Virus record (IMG/VR): IMGVR_UViG_3300010279_000001
Span: 32,001-96,000 of that record
Strand: one strand, 5' to 3'
Length of the DNA stretch: 64,000 nucleotides
Source of the DNA: a virus
Taxonomy: Duplodnaviria; Caudoviricetes
Position 1 is the stretch's first letter. The number at the start of each line of letters is the position of its first letter. The notes beneath the pieces were generated by a model. That model saw only the letters and a list, made by a program, of their open reading frames with translations, did not search any database and was not told the origin of the DNA. The position numbers and the translations under genes are program-made. Positions 53,560-63,959 of this stretch are shown in pieces.

Positions 53560-53925
53560 CGCTTCGCTTGCAGCTCATCTCAACTACCTGCCCTCCTCCG
53601 TCTGTAGACGTTATCGGTCATGGAATTGAACTGAACTGACAGGAACCGATAACTCTCAGTAAAACTCATTGCATTCGTTAACTGAGAGCAGCTCCGACTC
53701 ACTCGCTTCCTGCCCAAGCTCGACTCCGCACGTCGGATGTAAAACACAAATGACCGTTCACTTTGTCTTCCTGATGAATCTTAAGTCAGTTAAGTTAAGT
53801 ATCATCAGGGAAGACTATTGTGTGGTTAAGCGCAGTGCGTTAGCACAAGCATTCTAATGTGGCGTTCGGATAAGAGACTTCTGTTTCCAATCCGAACCGT
53901 TTAAGCGAGGGGATCTCTCGCGCGA
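53560..53925. other. non-coding array of 6-7 consecutive stem-loops
   Basis: 53610/53645, 53653/53681, 53693/53732, 53765/53802-53815, 53864/53890, 53906-53922. Confidence 0.7.
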
Positions 53926-53993
53926 TAAAAACTCTTGCAATCCCACCGAGCTTAAGGTATAGTTCTTACATCGACAACACAGGAGAGACTGAA

Positions 53994-54269
53994 ATGACGA
54001 AAGAAGAAGCTGACGTATTAGACTTTGCACTGGAGGCTACACAGGAGGCTCTGGTGTTAGCATGGCAAATGAATCAACGTGCTGCAGAATGCAACCGCCG
54101 CATCAATGAGATCCTGGATATGCCTATGGATGATTTCACCATGCATGCTGGAGAGATTCCAGAGCTGACTGCTGAGATGGCTGATCTTGACAATAAGATC
54201 AATATCATCCTGAAGACAGCAGAAACAACCCACCAAACCGCCCGTAAATTCATTAATGAGAAGGTGTGA
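53994..54269 (+). CDS. coiled-coil hypothetical protein
   Basis: AGGAG RBS; upstream promoter. Confidence 0.75.
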   Translation: MTKEEADVLDFALEATQEALVLAWQMNQRAAECNRRINEILDMPMDDFTMHAGEIPELTAEMADLDNKINIILKTAETTHQTARKFINEKV

Positions 54270-54745
54270 GTATGGACTACAGCTACTGTGGGGAAGAAAT
54301 TCCTTTCAACTACAGCAACCTGACCACGAGTAATCCTTACGAGACTCGTTACGGCACACACATTATCGCTATCGATTTTGATGGAACGTTTAATGCAAAC
54401 CCTCTCGTTTTCGCCCGTATGATCCGAGAGCTGAAGAAAGAGCGGTGGACCGTCTACTTTGTTACTTTCCGATTTATCACTCAGGACAACGTAGACATCG
54501 AATACTGGCGCAAAGAACTGGATATTGGCGTATTCTATACAGGTGGTGTTCAGAAGGCTGCCTTCCTTGCCCAGTTCGAAATCTACCCTGACATCTGGAT
54601 GGATGATTCTCCGGCTTGCATCCCAGCTAAGAACCAGCTAGAATTTGCAATGAAGGAGATTGAGTATAAATCTGATGCCAAACGTAAAGGCTGGCCTTTT
54701 ATCATTGAAGATTATCCAGACCCTGAACCGGAGAAAGAGCCATGA
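54266..54745 (+). CDS. HAD-superfamily hydrolase
   Basis: IAIDFDGT, VT.R, K and DD.P motifs. Confidence 0.8.
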   Translation: MSMDYSYCGEEIPFNYSNLTTSNPYETRYGTHIIAIDFDGTFNANPLVFARMIRELKKERWTVYFVTFRFITQDNVDIEYWRKELDIGVFYTGGVQKAAFLAQFEIYPDIWMDDSPACIPAKNQLEFAMKEIEYKSDAKRKGWPFIIEDYPDPEPEKEP

Positions 54746-54912
54746 AACGAAGATATCATTACCTGATGTGGAAGCTATACCAAAATGCTGCCAAAGCTTA
54801 TCGTATTATGTTTGGAAACGATGATCATTACATCATGCTGCACCTGACTGCCATTGAGCATCACAATGAGTGGATTCATGCAATCGTGGTAGGTGATAAA
54901 GACTTTAAGTAG
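54742..54912 (+). CDS. 56-aa hypothetical protein
   Basis: ATGA overlap with the upstream stop; manual translation. Confidence 0.55.
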   Translation: MKRRYHYLMWKLYQNAAKAYRIMFGNDDHYIMLHLTAIEHHNEWIHAIVVGDKDFK

Positions 54913-55039
54913 AATATGCCTCAAAAACGCAACAGAATGCTCTCTGACGCACTTAACTTACCATAGGGGTAAGATTGCATTGCCAGGTAGTTTTGTGCGT
55001 CATTTTGCGTTACAGGGCTTTATAGCGGAGACTGATGAA

Positions 55040-55420
55040 ATGTGCAAGTGTAAATCCTACAATTGGAAAGTGAAAGGTGCCAAGCACCAGAATGTTATCG
55101 TTGATGTGCCTAAAAAGCTCCGTGACGGCAAAAACAAAGTATGCCTGGACAAGTGCATGGCTAAGCCGATCATGAGCCTGTGGGCTGCAGGGTTGAAGAC
55201 TCTCAACTGCTGCTGTGGTCATAACAAGGATGTTCCGAGCATCATTATCCCAGAAGATGCAGATCCTAAGGCTTATGCCAAAATACTGACCCGATACCCT
55301 AGCACCTTCCTGATCGGAAAATGGTGTCACGATGAACTTCAATGGTGGATAGCCTATGGCAGTATAGGCACCACTTTTGGCTTCCCAGCCTTGTCAGAGC
55401 GCTCTGTAAAGGTGTCATAA
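55040..55420 (+). CDS. Cys-rich hypothetical protein (CLD.C...LW..G..T..CCCGH)
   Basis: GGAG RBS before ATG 55040. Confidence 0.7.
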   Translation: MCKCKSYNWKVKGAKHQNVIVDVPKKLRDGKNKVCLDKCMAKPIMSLWAAGLKTLNCCCGHNKDVPSIIIPEDADPKAYAKILTRYPSTFLIGKWCHDELQWWIAYGSIGTTFGFPALSERSVKVS

Positions 55421-55583
55421 TCAATTTTAAGGCCTCAAACGAGGCCTGTGCCTTCATAAATTGCCCTACCCTATGTGATTGCCTTCCTGAAACAAACACC
55501 CTCTTAAATCGCTTAAAATTAAGCTTGACATCAACGCAGAATTTTTATATGATTATCCCACCAACCAAGCAGAGGAGACTGTC

Positions 55584-55991
55584 ATGGATAATCTTACAAA
55601 TATAAAAGTCGAAATTGTTAAGCTAAAATTCTTAGGCTTTCGAGACCCCAGCTCTATAACAGCTATAATCATGGATACCCACTTTACAGCAGGCAAGGAA
55701 TACACTGCCGTCCGTTATACTTGCGGGGATCATAAATCTGCCTACAGTGTTAATACAAACCTCGGTGAGGGATATTTTATCCGTGATATTACGGATCATT
55801 TGTGGGGAATGTGGGAGTTGGTGAAGGAAGAGGGTAACTCACTCCCCAAAGAGATTTGGGTGCATACCTTCCACACAGGTAAGTTTGGAGGCACGGAACA
55901 TAAATCTATTCACTACGATGAAGAAAGCGCCCTCAAGCAACAAGCTGTTCTTGGCGGGTCTGTAGAAAAATTTATTAAATGCGAGGACTGA
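55584..55991 (+). CDS. hypothetical protein with SH3-like N-terminal part
   Basis: GAGGAG RBS; promoter at 55525-55553; FTAGKEY. Confidence 0.75.
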   Translation: MDNLTNIKVEIVKLKFLGFRDPSSITAIIMDTHFTAGKEYTAVRYTCGDHKSAYSVNTNLGEGYFIRDITDHLWGMWELVKEEGNSLPKEIWVHTFHTGKFGGTEHKSIHYDEESALKQQAVLGGSVEKFIKCED

Positions 55992-55994
55992 TAA

Positions 55995-56195
55995 ATGGCT
56001 GATTTTTGTAAAGACTGTTCTGAAGAGTTGTTTGGTCACGATTGCGGAGATCTGGAAGGACTAATCACAGAAGATCAGTGGAAGGAAGGTTATGCAGCAC
56101 CTGTTATCTGCGAAGGTTGCGGCTATATCTACGTTGACCACAAAGGTAAACGCGTCCAGCCGTCTGAAGATGGGTCGTGTTGGGAATATTATTAA
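55995..56195 (+). CDS. small zinc-binding protein
   Basis: CKDC and CEGCG. Confidence 0.75.
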   Translation: MADFCKDCSEELFGHDCGDLEGLITEDQWKEGYAAPVICEGCGYIYVDHKGKRVQPSEDGSCWEYY

Positions 56196-56199
56196 TTAT

Positions 56200-56233
56200 A
56201 AAAAGAAAGGGGCCGTTTGGCCCCTTTTTATTT
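56200..56233. terminator. bidirectional terminator
   Basis: AAAGGGGCC-gttt-GGCCCCTTT flanked by A and T tracts between convergent genes. Confidence 0.85.
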
Positions 56234-56241
56234 ACCCTCCG

Positions 56242-59200
56242 TTAACGAGAGAAAGTTGCATAAGCTTCAAGATCATACTGCTGATCACCAGGAAGCATGG
56301 CACCTATGGAGCCAAACCCCATGACCCTGCCTTCTACTGCCAACTGCAGTCTGAACCCTACCCATCCGGAACTTCTTGCAGCCTCGATGTTATCGCTATA
56401 CCCGAAAGTAGCAAGCTCGTCAACTCCAGATCCGAACAGCAACTGGATCTGATTTCTCGGAAGCCCTATAATTTCAGGAATATATGCGCCGAAGTACACC
56501 ATTTGCCCTACTTTAGGACCGCTGCCATACTCCATCGGTCTGCTTGCAGAGAAAGTCTTCATTCCTGAAGTCCCTGCCGGATTTGGGTATGCCCCGTTTG
56601 TTGCTCTGCCTATCCACATTCTCCACTGTGGTGTCATCTGTTTGACAGTGAAAGATGTTGAAGACGTCTTGCGGCCTGCATCATCCGTAACTACAAACGT
56701 TATGTTGACATTACCGGGCGCTTTAAATGTTACCAGTCCTGTGTTAGCATCAACGGTTGCTATGCCAGTATTACTACTTTCCCAAGTCTTTCTGATCCCT
56801 GTTACGTTGGAAGGGGTGATAGAGGGTTCCTGCATCTGCAGTTTACCGCCAACAATACCTATGCCATTGCCAGGGTTATACAACACCCCAACCTCATCTA
56901 CAATATTCCCAGCCTTGAGGCTGTATTTTCTTGAGAAGTTGTAGGTTCCGTTATAAGTATGTGTCCCTGAGAATGTGACATCGGCCTTGCCGTGGGAGAT
57001 GCAAACCAAAGCATACTTCCTGTCAGGCAATGTAGCCCCGGTCTCTGGGTGAGTTTTACCCACTTGGAACACGCCAGGATCGGTAGAGTCGTGGCTATCC
57101 CTGATAGAGCTTGGACCACCCATTAACTGAGACAAGCAATCCCTTACCCACGTCCAGTTATTATCACTGGAGAAGTCAACAGTCAAATCAAACACAACCC
57201 ACTCGTTAGGCTTCCAAACAGGTGTTGTAATAGACTTGCCTACGCCACCACCCTGAAGGGTAGATGACTGCTCAGTGATCAATGCTGCATAAGCCAAAGT
57301 CCCTAAACGCAAGGTCTGGCTTGCGGTTCTCACCACCTTAGAATCGGCATCTGTGAAGTTGTTGATAACCTGGAAGGTGCCATAAGTGTTTTTACAGGTG
57401 ATTCTTGCATTCAGTGTGTCAATCTTTCTCACATCTGCCATGGCAGTGTTAGACACAGAGAAGTCAGAAGCTTTGGCTGAGTTTGCTGCAACAACCGGAA
57501 CAACGTTAAGAGTTGCGTTGAACTGGCAAGCAGGAGTAACCAGCAGCCTGTTATCACCTATTTGCTTCCATGAAACACTTTGAACAGGTAGATTCCATTT
57601 GATACCTGAGAAAACTTTAGCAACCCTTGGTCCCAGAGCTCCAGTCCTGTTGTCTTTACAACACATAGACATGGTGATCGTTGACGGAGTGGCCTGACCA
57701 AACAATTGCTGTGCTTTTGCAGAAGACATGGTGTAGAAATTGTCCTTAACAAACTCATCAGCTGCTAACGATCCGTCAGATTTCCACCACTGCACCTGAT
57801 ACCCTGTCTTATCCCAGCCCCCAACCTGCTTCAAGTCTTCCCAAGAGATTTCCAGATCTCCCGTGGTAGGATTGATTGCAGCAGTCCCTGGTGTGCCGGA
57901 TGACCACAATGGAATATCGAACCACGCTGGTTTAACAGATTGCACTGCGTTAGGACCTATTGCAGCAGCAAGTTGTTGGCCCATCAATACGCGAGCATCT
58001 TTTACCAGACCCCACTCAATCATGGATCCAGAGTAACCTTCTTTCTTGTAGGCCGAGGATCCGTTTAAGTGGATAAGTCTGCTTGTGCCGAAGTTATACG
58101 CTCCACCACCGTTGTCGTCTGCAAAGTTGTACACAATTCTATCCCTGGTGTCTTTCCACGCTCTACCACCTATTTCATAGTTGTGGTCATAGCAACGTTG
58201 CAGTGTTGTCCAGCAAATGATAGCCATCCTTCTGCCATTGCTGAAGCCGAAGGCATTATCGTTAAGCTCTCTCCACAAATAGCAGTTGGTAGTCCACATG
58301 GCTCTGTGGATGTTAAACCAGTTGACAGATCTTGCAGCATTGTTGTAGTCGGTTCCCTCTAGAGTAGGCCACACTGCATTAACCAGCATGTCTTCTGTCC
58401 CCGCATCCATCAGGAATCCTCTTACCTTTTTACCCATTCCTACTCTGTCTTTAGCAATCCAGCTGCCAAACAGTCTCAGTTTGGGGCCAATAACAGTTTC
58501 CTCCGGATGCTCAAGAGAAACATATTTCAAGTGTACTGTAGGATCACCATAGGTGCCATCGCAGACACTTTTGTGCATGTTTTCACCAAGGTCCAGACGA
58601 ATACCTGTAAGAGTTTTTGTGTTGTCTGTGAGTTTGTCTGTCAAGTCAAACTCATACCACCACCATCCAGCACCTAACAATACCTTCTTACAACGCTGTG
58701 CATCTGTATCAGATATTCTCTTATCCCCTGCAAAAGGCGAATCTGCAAATTGGTAGTGCAGAGCAATTTCAAACGGGTGTGTTGATGTTCCGTTTTCAGC
58801 AGGAACTTGCTTACCTATCAGGTCGCACTTAATGATCATCACGACACGTCTGTATCCATTGGCTACCGGAACGTCGAACGGATACTTCTCTCCGTTCATA
58901 TTTGCATGGACAGACGAGAAGACTATATACGGGTCAACAGCATTACCCAGGGTTTCAGGACCAGGGATCATTTTGTATTTCTTGACTTGCCCCATAATAT
59001 AGTCGCTGCCATAGGTTGCAGCCTCGAAGCAAGATCCCTCGTTAGGTAGTTCCCCCGGACCCCAGAAAAATGCGCCATAACAGTTATAAAACCACTTGTT
59101 AGGGTCGTATTTGTTCTTGAAGGTCTGAACCTCGTTGGCCTGTTTTGTCAAGAAAACCTGCGTATCTGTGAAGATTGCAGGGTTTACTCTCGCCTGACGC

Positions 59201-61878
59201 GGAGGGTAACCTGTAGTCTGGTTAAACCACTGATTACAAGAGATATCTCTCATATAGTCATAATCGGAATATTTGTTTGCATCTTCGTTCCAACACAGGT
59301 TCAGGTTGGTGCCGCCCATGCACACAATATATTCTGTGACATATTTATCACTTCTGGTTGGGATTCCTATGAACCATCTGTTAACAGGCTCGTCCCAAGC
59401 TGTCCGCTCATCTTTAACGCAGATAGCGATCCAGTCATGTGTTCCTGTTTTCTTGCACACATCGCGCTTCATACCATAATAAAACTCTTTAGTATTTGGC
59501 TCAGGTGCATTTATCAGGTAACTCCACGCCTGATTTGCATAGGTTCCATTGGTGCGAGGATCATGGTCAAAGGCATACATGATGATCCTTTCTCCACCAA
59601 GATGTTCACCGAGGGTAACTTTGATGTTTACATCACCGTAACCGTTACGAACTATATCCATATTGTCAATAGAGATGCCTCTAGGGGTGTAGGCAATTTT
59701 CAGAGAACTATCTTCACTGGTACCACCCAGAGTAATACCTATATTGTTTGTTGTTCCATCAACATATTTTACTGTAGCTTCCCAACGTATCCCGAAATAC
59801 CCTGCGTTGTGGCTAACAACTTTCAGTGTGAGAGCACCTGGGTGAGGCTTACCAGGATCAGGCCATGGATCAGCATGCTCGTGCACTGTTAACGATGTTC
59901 CGTTCTGCTCGTTAACCTGCAGCATCTTCCCGCCTTTGCCGTTAGGGTTGAACTCCCACAAGGCTTGTGTTTTCACAAGATTGTCATAGATACTGCGTCT
60001 CTGGTCGTAGATCTCCTGGGTCACATCATACGTGGTAGATCCGGCATCTTGCCTGTGAAGCCTAACCATATATGCTGTATCGCTTTCTGGAGCAGGCTGA
60101 GAGCCGTTAAGCCCAAAGTATACAGTATCGTTTACATGGAACTGTTTCTTCCTGCCAACAGTGTGCCATTTGCCGTCTGACGGATATGCAGGAACTATAA
60201 TGTTCCAGTTTAAGTTTCGTGTGGTGTGGGTTCTTCCAGCGCCATGTTTATCATGATAGGTGATCTTGACAGAATACAGACCGCGTCTGTTGATGTTACG
60301 GTTATGCTGGGTAACCACAACCTCGTTAGCACCGCCATGGTTCCAGTTAGTAGAGAACTGATAGTTTGCATCTGTAACAACAGTACCTGCAGCGTTCACG
60401 AGCTCAATCTTGTCAATAATGAACGTAGCACCCTCCGGTTGAGGTTTCAACTTCATTTTGACAGTGTCGCCAATGTATATATTGCTAACACTGCTTACAC
60501 CATTGACATCAAAGATGTCTTCGATACTCCAGCTATCTACCGGAACATTTTTATACCAATTCTCAGGAATCTCTGTGAACCCTTGGCTGTTAAGTCTGCC
60601 GCCGAACAGGTTATTAGAGCCTGAAAAACTGCCCCTTGGGATACCTGACCACCAAAGTTTGCCATTAACAACGGTAAAGGTTCCTAAAAAACCCTCTCTG
60701 TGGATACCCTGGAAGTAAACACTCTCTGTCCAGCTCACTGGCAGACGTTGCTCAACATATTTAGCTGTAGCAAGGGCCTGATAGTGAATAAAATCGGCAC
60801 GAGGGTTATTGTTTGCAGATTGTGCGCCAATGTCGTTACACAGGTTGCGAGAGAAGCCACGATACTGCTTGGTCCCGTTGTTGAAGAAAATGCCACTAGT
60901 GCCGTAGCCACGGGCCATCATTACTTCATGCGTGTAAGTGATATTCAGTGCACGCCAGGTATCGTCACCCCAGACGTTTTGACCATAGAACACATTTACC
61001 AGTTGTTGGTCATCGGGCCTGTGCATTCTTTGTGTGGCAACCACTGCCCCGTTAGGTCCACACATAAAGCCTTTCCATTCCTCGTCCGCAGGAATCCCTT
61101 TCAGATCATTACGGGTGATCTGTACAGGAGGCCAAACAAGGGTGTTTCTGCTATTGTTTCTCAGGAAATCATATCCAGCAATCCAGAAACCTTTAGGTCC
61201 ACCAAAGATAACAGAGTTGTCATGCACCTCACAGTTGATGCTGGGATTTTTCCAAGGACCTGTTTCAGGATTTTCCGATGTCTCACCGATCTTTACAGGA
61301 GTTGCATGTTGGTTTTTATCCACGTGCAAAGATCCGTAGGTATTGTTACCAGATCCATACAGATTCAATATGCCAGTACCCTCTGCCTCTGCAATAACCC
61401 ATACGGTGTTGTTAATGCCACCCATTACTTCGATAAGGCGCTCTGGGTGGGTATCGAGGCGCAATCCTTTAACAATCTGCTCTGGAAGAGGAGTCCACTC
61501 GTTTACGCAAACATCATTACCGCCTGCCGCAGTGGATCCAATAAGACCTGCAGTGCAGCCGATGTAGAAAAACTGGTTATCAAAAGTGCGTATCACAAAC
61601 GCACGGTCTGCTCTCCACACATGATCAACGTTCCAGGCTGTCTCGCTCGGATAGTTTATGGGATTACGATCACCTGTGCGGCATTCTCCGAATTTGTTAT
61701 ATCCAGTGATGTTAAGTTGACCGTTATCAAAAAGTATAGCTAAGCTATTTACGTAGGATACTGTAGTGCTTGTACCGTTACTGTTGTCTATTGGGTATGA
61801 CAGAACAGCAAGTTCCTTAATACCACCTTTAGTGTCAAGGTGATGACGACCAAGTTTTAGCAAAGGGATTGGAAGCAT
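56242..61878 (-). CDS. large lateral tail fibre / receptor-binding protein, 1878 aa
   Basis: RCC1/propeller-like G.N..G repeats, CBM-like segment, FN3-like domain and Big2 Ig-like repeats (WESSNTGIATVD..TGLVT). Confidence 0.8.
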   Translation of the reverse strand: MLPIPLLKLGRHHLDTKGGIKELAVLSYPIDNSNGTSTTVSYVNSLAILFDNGQLNITGYNKFGECRTGDRNPINYPSETAWNVDHVWRADRAFVIRTFDNQFFYIGCTAGLIGSTAAGGNDVCVNEWTPLPEQIVKGLRLDTHPERLIEVMGGINNTVWVIAEAEGTGILNLYGSGNNTYGSLHVDKNQHATPVKIGETSENPETGPWKNPSINCEVHDNSVIFGGPKGFWIAGYDFLRNNSRNTLVWPPVQITRNDLKGIPADEEWKGFMCGPNGAVVATQRMHRPDDQQLVNVFYGQNVWGDDTWRALNITYTHEVMMARGYGTSGIFFNNGTKQYRGFSRNLCNDIGAQSANNNPRADFIHYQALATAKYVEQRLPVSWTESVYFQGIHREGFLGTFTVVNGKLWWSGIPRGSFSGSNNLFGGRLNSQGFTEIPENWYKNVPVDSWSIEDIFDVNGVSSVSNIYIGDTVKMKLKPQPEGATFIIDKIELVNAAGTVVTDANYQFSTNWNHGGANEVVVTQHNRNINRRGLYSVKITYHDKHGAGRTHTTRNLNWNIIVPAYPSDGKWHTVGRKKQFHVNDTVYFGLNGSQPAPESDTAYMVRLHRQDAGSTTYDVTQEIYDQRRSIYDNLVKTQALWEFNPNGKGGKMLQVNEQNGTSLTVHEHADPWPDPGKPHPGALTLKVVSHNAGYFGIRWEATVKYVDGTTNNIGITLGGTSEDSSLKIAYTPRGISIDNMDIVRNGYGDVNIKVTLGEHLGGERIIMYAFDHDPRTNGTYANQAWSYLINAPEPNTKEFYYGMKRDVCKKTGTHDWIAICVKDERTAWDEPVNRWFIGIPTRSDKYVTEYIVCMGGTNLNLCWNEDANKYSDYDYMRDISCNQWFNQTTGYPPRQARVNPAIFTDTQVFLTKQANEVQTFKNKYDPNKWFYNCYGAFFWGPGELPNEGSCFEAATYGSDYIMGQVKKYKMIPGPETLGNAVDPYIVFSSVHANMNGEKYPFDVPVANGYRRVVMIIKCDLIGKQVPAENGTSTHPFEIALHYQFADSPFAGDKRISDTDAQRCKKVLLGAGWWWYEFDLTDKLTDNTKTLTGIRLDLGENMHKSVCDGTYGDPTVHLKYVSLEHPEETVIGPKLRLFGSWIAKDRVGMGKKVRGFLMDAGTEDMLVNAVWPTLEGTDYNNAARSVNWFNIHRAMWTTNCYLWRELNDNAFGFSNGRRMAIICWTTLQRCYDHNYEIGGRAWKDTRDRIVYNFADDNGGGAYNFGTSRLIHLNGSSAYKKEGYSGSMIEWGLVKDARVLMGQQLAAAIGPNAVQSVKPAWFDIPLWSSGTPGTAAINPTTGDLEISWEDLKQVGGWDKTGYQVQWWKSDGSLAADEFVKDNFYTMSSAKAQQLFGQATPSTITMSMCCKDNRTGALGPRVAKVFSGIKWNLPVQSVSWKQIGDNRLLVTPACQFNATLNVVPVVAANSAKASDFSVSNTAMADVRKIDTLNARITCKNTYGTFQVINNFTDADSKVVRTASQTLRLGTLAYAALITEQSSTLQGGGVGKSITTPVWKPNEWVVFDLTVDFSSDNNWTWVRDCLSQLMGGPSSIRDSHDSTDPGVFQVGKTHPETGATLPDRKYALVCISHGKADVTFSGTHTYNGTYNFSRKYSLKAGNIVDEVGVLYNPGNGIGIVGGKLQMQEPSITPSNVTGIRKTWESSNTGIATVDANTGLVTFKAPGNVNITFVVTDDAGRKTSSTSFTVKQMTPQWRMWIGRATNGAYPNPAGTSGMKTFSASRPMEYGSGPKVGQMVYFGAYIPEIIGLPRNQIQLLFGSGVDELATFGYSDNIEAARSSGWVGFRLQLAVEGRVMGFGSIGAMLPGDQQYDLEAYATFSR

Positions 61879-61927
61879 TGTGTTCTCCAGATAATAAAAC
61901 CGCCCCCGTCAGGAGCGGTTAGATATA

Positions 61928-63673
61928 TTAACGTTGTGCAATTACCACGTCTACAATATCACCAACACCACAATATGTCAATTGCAGCAAGGTAACACTG
62001 TTAGCCTTGTTGTTAATAACAGGCGTTGCCGACAGGATAGCATACTTATCGTGCAAAGTCACGTTGTGACCTACAGCATCCTGGATGACATAGATAACTG
62101 CAGTAAATGGATACGGTTTATCTTCCGCTGATGTTCCGGGCCACTGTCCTATTGTAAAGTCACCTTTTGCGTGAACAACATACATATTGGCTTGCCCGCT
62201 AGGGGTCCATGTTCCGCTGGATGCATCAACCTCTTCTAAGTCAAAATCTACTTTTCCTGCATGGAAAGCAGGGGCAGTGATGGTTTTACCAGCCTCAATC
62301 TCTTGTGAAGTGGTTATCTTGCCGCTAGAGTTGATACCATTACAAATAAAGTTGACATTAGAGAAGTCTGGCAACCACCCAGTGACTGCACCTGATATTT
62401 CAAGGTTGTGGAGGGAGGTGGTTCCAGTCCCTGCGGCGTTCAAACTTACATCGCCATTAACTTGCAAGTTCCTGCTAACGTTGCAGTTTTCAGCGTTTGC
62501 AGTTTTTGCCGTTAAAGTGGTGGTAGTCAGGGAGGTAATCGCACCTTTGTTGGCGGTAAGCCCTTCTCCTTCGAAGGTTGCACGTTCGTTCACCCTCAAA
62601 GTATTTAAGGCTATGTCCTGAACAGAAGCTGTACCACGAATAACCACAGACCCGCCAACTTCTAAATCCCCATTGATCAGTGCATCCCCTGTGCTCTCGA
62701 TGTAGCTAGGGTAGATCATGGTTCCATCAACGGAGTGTGTGATCCCCGTAACGGTGCCTGTTACCTCAAGGTTCTTAACTCTGGTGATCCCGTCAACCTG
62801 CAATGTCGGTTCGGTTGCTGCCTTCATGGCATTCCCACGGATGTACACGTAGTCAAAGAAGTTATTTCCTAGACCGTCAAAATGCACATCGTTGTTATTT
62901 GCCACAGGCTTGCCAGATGTTATAGTGTCTGCTATAACTCTGTGAGTGGACACCTCATGAGGTTGCAGTTCTGTTCCTCTCCAGTCTGCATGCTTTGGAT
63001 CACTCCACGCAAAAGTGAGTGTGGAAGCATTTGCTGTGAGGATTAGGTTCCTGAAACGTGCAGTAGAGTCTGCTCCGTTAACAGGTCCTTGTAAGGTAAG
63101 GGTCCCACCGATTATGGTATTAGCAAGCTCTGTAAGACCTTTTACCACTAAAGACCCTACGGTAACCTTCATCCCTTCCATGGCTTCAAATATGCTGTCT
63201 ACATAGTCAACAACAAACTCTGTGTTTGCTATGGACTCAGACTTATCATCCATTGGGGGTGTCGGTACTCTAGGGTCACCTTCGAACCTTGGACTGTTAA
63301 GTTTTGCATAATACTTTGCCATTACTGCAGAATCGGTATATAATCTCCAGTTTGCAGATTGTGAAGGATCTGCTGGCATTCTAACCGGATTAGATTTTGA
63401 TGCTGCAGGAGCATACCACCACTGAGGGCCCGTGTCCCCTTTAAACTCATAAAGCTGGTTAAAAACCGTAGTGGATGCACCATACGCCCAAGGAATCGGT
63501 GGCGTTTTAAAATAAAGGTTGTCAAGCATGGCTTTCCGTACCGTAGGGATGGTAGTCCCATCCTCTACGACAACTTCATCCACAGCGTTACCGTTGACAA
63601 CCAAGTGCAGACGTTCAGAGTCAACAATTACTTGGTCTACCGCCTGCTCAAAGCTTGTCATGTCTTGCGCCAT
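61928..63673 (-). CDS. tail fibre protein
   Basis: YAKLNSP.F.G.P.VPT...IANTEFV fibre motif; L.V.G beta repeats; QDAVG C-terminal domain. Confidence 0.8.
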   Translation of the reverse strand: MAQDMTSFEQAVDQVIVDSERLHLVVNGNAVDEVVVEDGTTIPTVRKAMLDNLYFKTPPIPWAYGASTTVFNQLYEFKGDTGPQWWYAPAASKSNPVRMPADPSQSANWRLYTDSAVMAKYYAKLNSPRFEGDPRVPTPPMDDKSESIANTEFVVDYVDSIFEAMEGMKVTVGSLVVKGLTELANTIIGGTLTLQGPVNGADSTARFRNLILTANASTLTFAWSDPKHADWRGTELQPHEVSTHRVIADTITSGKPVANNNDVHFDGLGNNFFDYVYIRGNAMKAATEPTLQVDGITRVKNLEVTGTVTGITHSVDGTMIYPSYIESTGDALINGDLEVGGSVVIRGTASVQDIALNTLRVNERATFEGEGLTANKGAITSLTTTTLTAKTANAENCNVSRNLQVNGDVSLNAAGTGTTSLHNLEISGAVTGWLPDFSNVNFICNGINSSGKITTSQEIEAGKTITAPAFHAGKVDFDLEEVDASSGTWTPSGQANMYVVHAKGDFTIGQWPGTSAEDKPYPFTAVIYVIQDAVGHNVTLHDKYAILSATPVINNKANSVTLLQLTYCGVGDIVDVVIAQR

Positions 63674-63682
63674 GATTTCTCC

Positions 63683-63949
63683 TTAAGCTTTTTGCTCTTC
63701 GTTTTTAACGTGGTCAGGGTGCTGGCAACCCCACCGGAGCGAGATGAATTTACTAATAAGCTGGGGGCAAGCTACCGACGGTGCGTATATCCACGCATAC
63801 CATTCAGGAAGAGTATCATTATACCCCATATGAATAAACACCCCAGTCATCACTGCCATGCCGATATTTGACCATAGCTTAGACTGGGACACTTTCGTAG
63901 GGTCATCAGATGCCGCAACCAGTCCCCATAAAAACTGAGTTAGTTTCAT
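63683..63949 (-). CDS. small membrane protein (possibly holin-like)
   Basis: S.SKLW motif and two hydrophobic segments. Confidence 0.55.
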   Translation of the reverse strand: MKLTQFLWGLVAASDDPTKVSQSKLWSNIGMAVMTGVFIHMGYNDTLPEWYAWIYAPSVACPQLISKFISLRWGCQHPDHVKNEEQKA

Positions 63950-63959
63950 TTACCCTCTT

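Noticed and set aside
60700-61743. 347-aa + strand ORF and other antisense ORFs inside large genes
   Set aside because: Shadow frames of real - strand genes with no RBS or recognisable motifs.
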